Shown in pieces: positions 58,417-64,000 of a DNA stretch of 64,000 nt (position 1 is the stretch's first letter; every line of letters begins with the position of its first letter). Location: NCBI RefSeq assembly GCF_000315625.1, contig NW_005434664.1:748131-812130 (forward strand). The letters run 5' to 3'. The notes below the pieces were generated by a model. The model ran no database searches. It was not told where the DNA came from and saw only the letters and a program-made list of their open reading frames with translations. Made by a program: the position numbers and the translations under genes. This DNA is from Guillardia theta CCMP2712 (Eukaryota; Protista; Cryptophyta).

Positions 58417-59719
58417 GGTCGTGGAGATGTTTGGGGCTTTTTTTTGGTCGGTTCGGTGAATTCAACAACGCAACCGTGGGGATCGGATGCGGTGTGGTTT
58501 TTTTTGGTTTTTGGCAAGACCTGGGGAAGTCTGCAGCAAACGATCAGAACTCGAGTCATGGAACGAACGACGCTTGCGAGAATTGAATTGCAGTATCAAC
58601 AAGGACAGTTACGACAACAAGAACAGTTACGATATCACTCTTATCCCGCCCAACAAAGTGCTCGCAGTCTTCGTTACAGGCAAGCAACATTGACGATCAA
58701 CAACATTCTACTTCAATTTTGATTCGAGGAGACAACAGAAACATTCAAGAGAAGCGCAGGAGATCGCGCATGGAACACCAGCATTGCAACATTGAATACA
58801 ACAATGGTAAACAGAACGGAATGAGAGAAGGGGATGAGAAGCAAGATGCAGGAGAAGAAACGATATGCTTGTATGAGGGGAGAGCTGGGCAGGAGAGCTG
58901 GGGCGTGCGTGCAGAGCATGCAAGCATCGCCACCAGGAACGCATGGCGCTACCTTGAGGTTTTCGGCGATGACAGGGCAGGGGACCGCACGAGCACAAAA
59001 TACGGAGCGGTAAATTTCTAGTTGGCGTCATTGGAAAAACTAGGCAGTGAAATATATCACTTTTTCCGATTCAACACAAGGAAATAAAGTCCTAGGTCCA
59101 ACAAAAGCATTTTATGTCACGCCAACTATTTTGTGTCCAAAATATGGCGAAAAGAATATCAATTACAGTACCACGTATTTACGCCATTTGCTACTGGAAT
59201 GTATTTGTGCTGGAGTTTTTAGTTGTTATTATAATAAGATATAAAAAGTACTGTACTTGTAATAATCCATTCTCCTTATTCTAAACAAACAGGAGAGTTT
59301 TATACAAAATTTGACCGAAACTGTCTCTCAGTTTTGAAACATGAAGAGAACTTTCCCAAACTTATTTTCATATTTTCAAACTAAACAACTTCTGATGGTT
59401 TACAGATTTGAATTCTGGTACTCGAACTTAAAATGAGCCTCTCGTACTGCTATCACAGCAGCCGGTGTACAAGCTGGTAGTAAAATATTTATACGGTACA
59501 AATTGTATAACTTGGTTCTAAAACATTCAATTGGACCAAGAATAGAGACCAAGACCCACCCCCTTCCGCGCTTGAGTTTGCAAGCACCCCCGTAAATACC
59601 AATGAAAGTACCCACAATCAAGACATTCTGAACCCACCCACCCCATCAATCGATGGGGCGTATCAAACTTCTCGAAACCATTTTTGGTCAAAATCGTGCA
59701 AGGAGCGGCGCTATTCGAT

Positions 59720-59795
59720 CGTATCCCGGCGGGCCGGGCCCGGGCCCGGGACGTTTTTACTCAACGTGACTCGGAGCTCCGGGTCACGGCCGCTG
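59720..59795. other. Mini GC-rich palindromic island 4
   Basis: CCGG-rich stretch and near-perfect palindrome CGTGACTCGGAGCTCCGGGTCACG (59765-59788). Confidence 0.65.
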
Positions 59796-61262
59796 GGGCA
59801 ATTCTTGAAGCTGAGGTAGCACAGGGTGGGGTGATTTTTCCTGTCATGAGAGGGGTACTGTGGGTAAAGGAGAAAAGAATTTTTGGTGTGTAGGGCACGA
59901 GAGTGGGTGGGGTGGGGTGGGGTGGGGGAAATTTTTTAAAGGCAGAGTACCGGTTCATTTTAAACTCCTTGGATGATCTTGATGGGGTAGGGGTTGGTTC
60001 AGGGAGCTTGGAAGGGTGGGGTCAATAATTGTGAAGGTGGGGCCGTGGATGTATGTAGGTAGGGGTACAGACCCTGAGCAAGGGTGTATACCCTTACCAC
60101 ATTATTGATGCTTATTTCTACGGGTACTCAGATCGTTTGTGCCTACCTCATGGGGGGTGGGGGGTGGGGGATAGCGAGGAAATGAGGGACAAGGGGAACA
60201 AGTTGGCATTGAGAATGTTTCAAATGGGTGGGGGTAGTAAAAGTACGGGGACTCATGAGGTACAACAGTACAGAAAGAGATGTCCAGATTGACGGTAGGT
60301 ATCAAGGAGGAGGTAGGGGTGGAAACACGAGGGTGGGTGTAATGAGGGACCAAGGGGGGTAGGAATGACCTTGAGGCGATGAGCCCGGTGGTGGGGTGGT
60401 TTACAAAGGTACGGGTAGGAGACAGCATCGGAGGACGTAAATCATGTTTTGGCGGCGAATGTAGTGGAGGGAGAAAGGATATGGCGGGCATAACAGCATG
60501 CGCATGGTCGAGTTTAGATCAAGGCTTAGCAGAAACTTGAGGAGGAGCTACAGGTGGAAATGGACTGGAAGGATCTGTGAAGATGGAGGTGAGGGAAGGG
60601 TAGGAAGGGGTGTGAGAAATCCAAGCATAGGACAAGGAGCAGATGTCCGCGGAGCAGCAGGAGCGGGTGGAGCAGAGAGGGGAGCAGAGGAAAAGAGGAA
60701 AAGAAAAGCTCGAAGGTATGTACCTACTGCTCAAAGAAAATGAGTGGATGGTAAAGGTGAGCTTGAGACTGCGGTGGAAGGAGACTGCAGGAATTTCAAG
60801 TAGACATCGGGGTACAGCATTAGCCTAGCAAAGGCAGTGGGGCTCTATGTAATGAGTCCTTGAAGAATTACTAGTTCTGTACGAGTGAAGTGCATGCAAA
60901 TGCTCTTCTATTCGGTGCAGGTAGAGAGCCTGAGAATCTGATCCACCAGAAGAGAAAGAAAGAAATTCTGGAAATTTCAGCAGGGGCTGAGACTTAGGGG
61001 TCCGATGAGAGTGATTGTGATGAATTTGGATGAGAGCGACTGCAGTGACTAGTCGAGAGACGTTCTTCCAAGATGACCAGTGATGAAACTCGGTTGTTGC
61101 AGGTTGAAACTTACTCGTTGCTTCGAAGCAGAGAAGGATCGTTAAGCGGTCGGAGGCAAGTCGGATGCCAGTTAACGAGTTGTAAGCATTGTTCAAGCGA
61201 GGCCTCATTTGAATAGCCCGTGGGCATTTTCTTGGTCCTCGCGCACGTTGTCATAGCTCAAG

Positions 61263-62424
61263 ATGAGGATCGATCTCAGATGTTCTAGGGCAGCGCTAAG
61301 CGCTGTCTTGGTTTCAGCATGCTTTGAATGCTGCTCAACCCACGCAAGCTCGATCAGACTTAGAGGTGGTTGGGCAAGCATCTTGTTCCCCGATGTCTTG
61401 TCGCAGCCATTACCGGGAACAGCACTGTTCCCTGATCTCTCCACCATGCACTTGATGCAGCGATCAACCTCTCAGGATAGGAGGTCCCTTCCGAAGGATG
61501 TGGGGATGAACTCTCGCTGGGATATCAGCGTGCAAGAGGACAAGAAGTTCTCCGAGAACCTTGAGGTACATTGCTTCTGTCGACCTGTATCGGATCCTTA
61601 TGGTGCCTTGGTTAGATGGATTTAGACGATGACGACAATGAGAACAAAGTTGAGCAATCGATCACCATAGAGGCCTCGGCGCAAGACTGTTTCACAGCAG
61701 CAACAACCTATGAAGACTATCCCAAGTGGGCAGGGTGCACAAAGGCGGTCAAGGTCCTCGAAAGACGAGCAAGCGACGGCCTGGCCGTGCTTGTAGAGTT
61801 TGTGAGCCCCCCGTGCCCCTTCATTCCATTCCCCCTGATGCGTTTGCGAAGGTAATGGGGATTTTTGGCTTCACCTCGCGGAACAAGATGAAGTACACAT
61901 ATGACAAGCCTCGGTGCATGAGGTAGTGCTCTGTTGGGAGATGGTGCTTGCGGTGTAACATGAGCAACGCCCCTCAGTTGGCACATCACGGAGGGAGGGA
62001 TCAAAGAGCTTGATGGAAGGTATGACTTCATCTCGCTCGGTCCGGAGAGAACCAAGGTTGTATACAAGCTGAGGGTCGAGCCCGGTTTCTTCCTTCCTAA
62101 GGTGGTCTTGTATTGACTGCAGGTGAACTCAGTAGCTGAATGCTTACGTGCAGATGATAAAACGAGCTACTTCAAGAGCCGTCGCCAAGATGGCCCTAGA
62201 AGATCTTAAGAGGTTGATGAGTCTTTGCATGATACGACGATGGCATTGACATCGTGTTAGATTCACCGAGCAGCGCAATCAGGAAAAAAGCCTCCTCGAG
62301 GTCGAGAACAAGGACGTCTGCACGGTAAGGATCGCAATGCCCTCCATCCTTCCTCCCCTGACCGCGGCGGCAGACGTCGGAGAGCACAACATCGCCACTA
62401 AGGCATTTGATCCCTCTCTGTTGA
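61263..62424 (+). CDS. START/SRPBCC (polyketide cyclase, COQ10/RatA-like) protein with N-terminal signal peptide and RLRGG motif
   Basis: VEQSITIEASAQDCFTAATTYEDYPKWA..VKVLER, WHITEGGIKELDGRYDF..RTKVVYKLRVEPGFFLPKMIKR..ALEDLK. Six short introns. Confidence 0.85.
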
Positions 62425-62515
62425 GCTCCTGTCCGTACGTGCAGTCGATTCGGAGAGAGTGTGTGATTTAAATATCGTGAGAAGTGAAAGATGGATAGAA
62501 GGGAGAGGTCAAAGA

Positions 62516-64000
62516 TCAGTTCTCTCCTCTGCACCTCTCCCTGAGGGCGACGCACTCGTCCCATTCCTGGGTTAACGGCAGTCTTTGAGCTCAGAGGGGG
62601 AGGGGGAGGAAGCACCTTCTCTGCATGACAGTCGAAGAAGCTGAAAGTGTCGCAGACTCCGTCAGCTACTGGAGCTACAGTCTCGCCTGGGGCAACATCA
62701 GAGATCAGCCAGCCGCTGGCCGTCACCGCTAACCTGATCTCTCCCCGAGGAGGGAGGAGGGAGTGAAGCCGAGCTCGCCAGGGTTGAGGAAGGAGCCCTG
62801 GCAGCAGGATCAACATGGTATTCCCCGTCGTGCTTGCGGCGCGTCACTTGTACGATGAGCGACGGCGAGGCGAAGAAGACGGAGATGTTGTGGACCTGCC
62901 GGAAGCCGTCAACAGCTATGGACTGAGAGGGAGGCAGGAGAATCGCCTGGAAGTGAAACTCGATCTCCATGTCCCACGGCGCGCAGAAGGGCAGGAAAGT
63001 CGAAGTGAGCGCCCTTGCCGCCCTCTGCGTTGGACAGGGAAAGGGGGGGGTTAGGATGCGAGAAGGAAGGGAGGAAGGGGGAGGAGAGGTGGGAGGGAGG
63101 TGAAGAAGCGCAGTGGGAACAAGACGCGTAAGGGGGGGGGGTAAGAGACGAGGGAGGAAGAGGAGGGGAGGAAGAGGGAGGAGCACGTTAGATGTCAGTC
63201 ACGACGGAGTCTAGCAAGGGAGCAGGTGGTACTTGGTGCCATAGGATCGCTCCTCCAAACGCACCCCCCGGGATGTACCTGGCGGCCTGCTCAGCAGCAG
63301 CAAGCAGCAAGCAGCAAGCAGACCTCTTGAACACCGTAGGGATAGGACGAGGATGCGGCAGATCCTCGCACCTGATCCACCTGGTGCCCAGCAGGCGTTC
63401 ATGTCAGTCGCAGCGGGGGGAGGGGAGGACCACCAATGGCAGGAGGTCGCGGCGTCGGTGAAGAGGACGCCCCAGTCCGGGTCAAGCTTCCTGGGAGGAG
63501 GAGGACCAAGGGATGGAGGAGCAGGAGCAGGAGCAGGAGCAGGAGAATCAGGAAGAGGAAAAGGCAAGGAGCAGGTCGAACTTCATGTAGGACGGCAGTC
63601 GCGATGGAAGTTGGAGGTCAAACACGGCATCGTCTTCGAGGATAAGGGCGGTCTCTGACATCCAGTTGTCACTAGCTGGACCTCTGCTGGGGTTGTGCTG
63701 GGCTCGATCACCGTATCCCTGCTCGAGCATGTCCACGAGAGACTCGTAGTGGCTGATGGCGGCGCAAAGCTGAAGAGCAATGAGAAGAGAGGAGAGAGGA
63801 TGAGGGAAGGAGGGAAGACAAATGCCAGGACAGGACAGGACAGGATGGGATGGGACAGGACAAGAAGGGACAGGACAGGACAGGACAGGACAGGACAAGA
63901 AAGGATACGATAAGAGAAGATAACAGATCCTAGAAGCAAAGGAGTCGAGAGGAGCATCACACACTAGCTCGCCTGTGCACTTTTGAGCTGAAACCCCAAC
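62516..64000 (-). CDS. Glycosyltransferase family 25-like protein, 3' part (5' end outside window)
   Basis: CAAISHYESLVDM...ALILEDDAVF..., LDPDWGVLF, PWDMEIEF, VFFASPSLIVQ. Confidence 0.7.
63826..63898. repeat. (GACAG)n / (CTGTC)n intronic microsatellite
   Basis: Direct reading. Confidence 0.9.

Noticed and set aside
60498-61240. Short purine-rich ORFs upstream of the START-domain gene
   Set aside because: Could not build a consistent spliced frame; may be UTR or a small unrecognised gene.

Overview
Gene-dense eukaryotic nuclear DNA. Features include many ~45-55 nt GT-AG introns with CTGAC-type branch points, longer introns filled with simple repeats, and four assembly gaps. The style suggests a cryptophyte alga such as Guillardia/Hanusia (inference, not verified). 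Recognisable genes, left to right: mitochondrial porin (VDAC), URG1/URC1-type GTP cyclohydrolase II-like protein, secreted RCC1/BLIP-II repeat protein, class II PRPP synthetase, PP6 catalytic subunit, XPF/ERCC4, RPS2, a ~1900-aa protein of three tandem degenerate dynamin/EHD-like G domains each interrupted by an EF-hand pair (plus WW, SAM and further EF-hands), an RWD/F-box/WD40 protein, TBC1D20-like RabGAP, PABP, a START/polyketide-cyclase protein with a signal peptide plus RLRGG, and a partial GT25 glycosyltransferase. Several hypothetical genes lie between them. The most notable observations are: (1) the EF-hand-inserted pseudo-GTPase repeat protein; (2) non-coding, very GC-rich, palindrome-dense islands in divergent intergenic regions, flanked by strand-polarised ACCC/GGGT motif fields; (3) a pair of homologous, same-phase candidate mutually exclusive exons in the PRPP synthetase; (4) an isolated 19-bp perfect hairpin with interleaved direct repeats upstream of VDAC. 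Exon boundaries were inferred by eye and family assignments come from recalled motifs; no searches were run.
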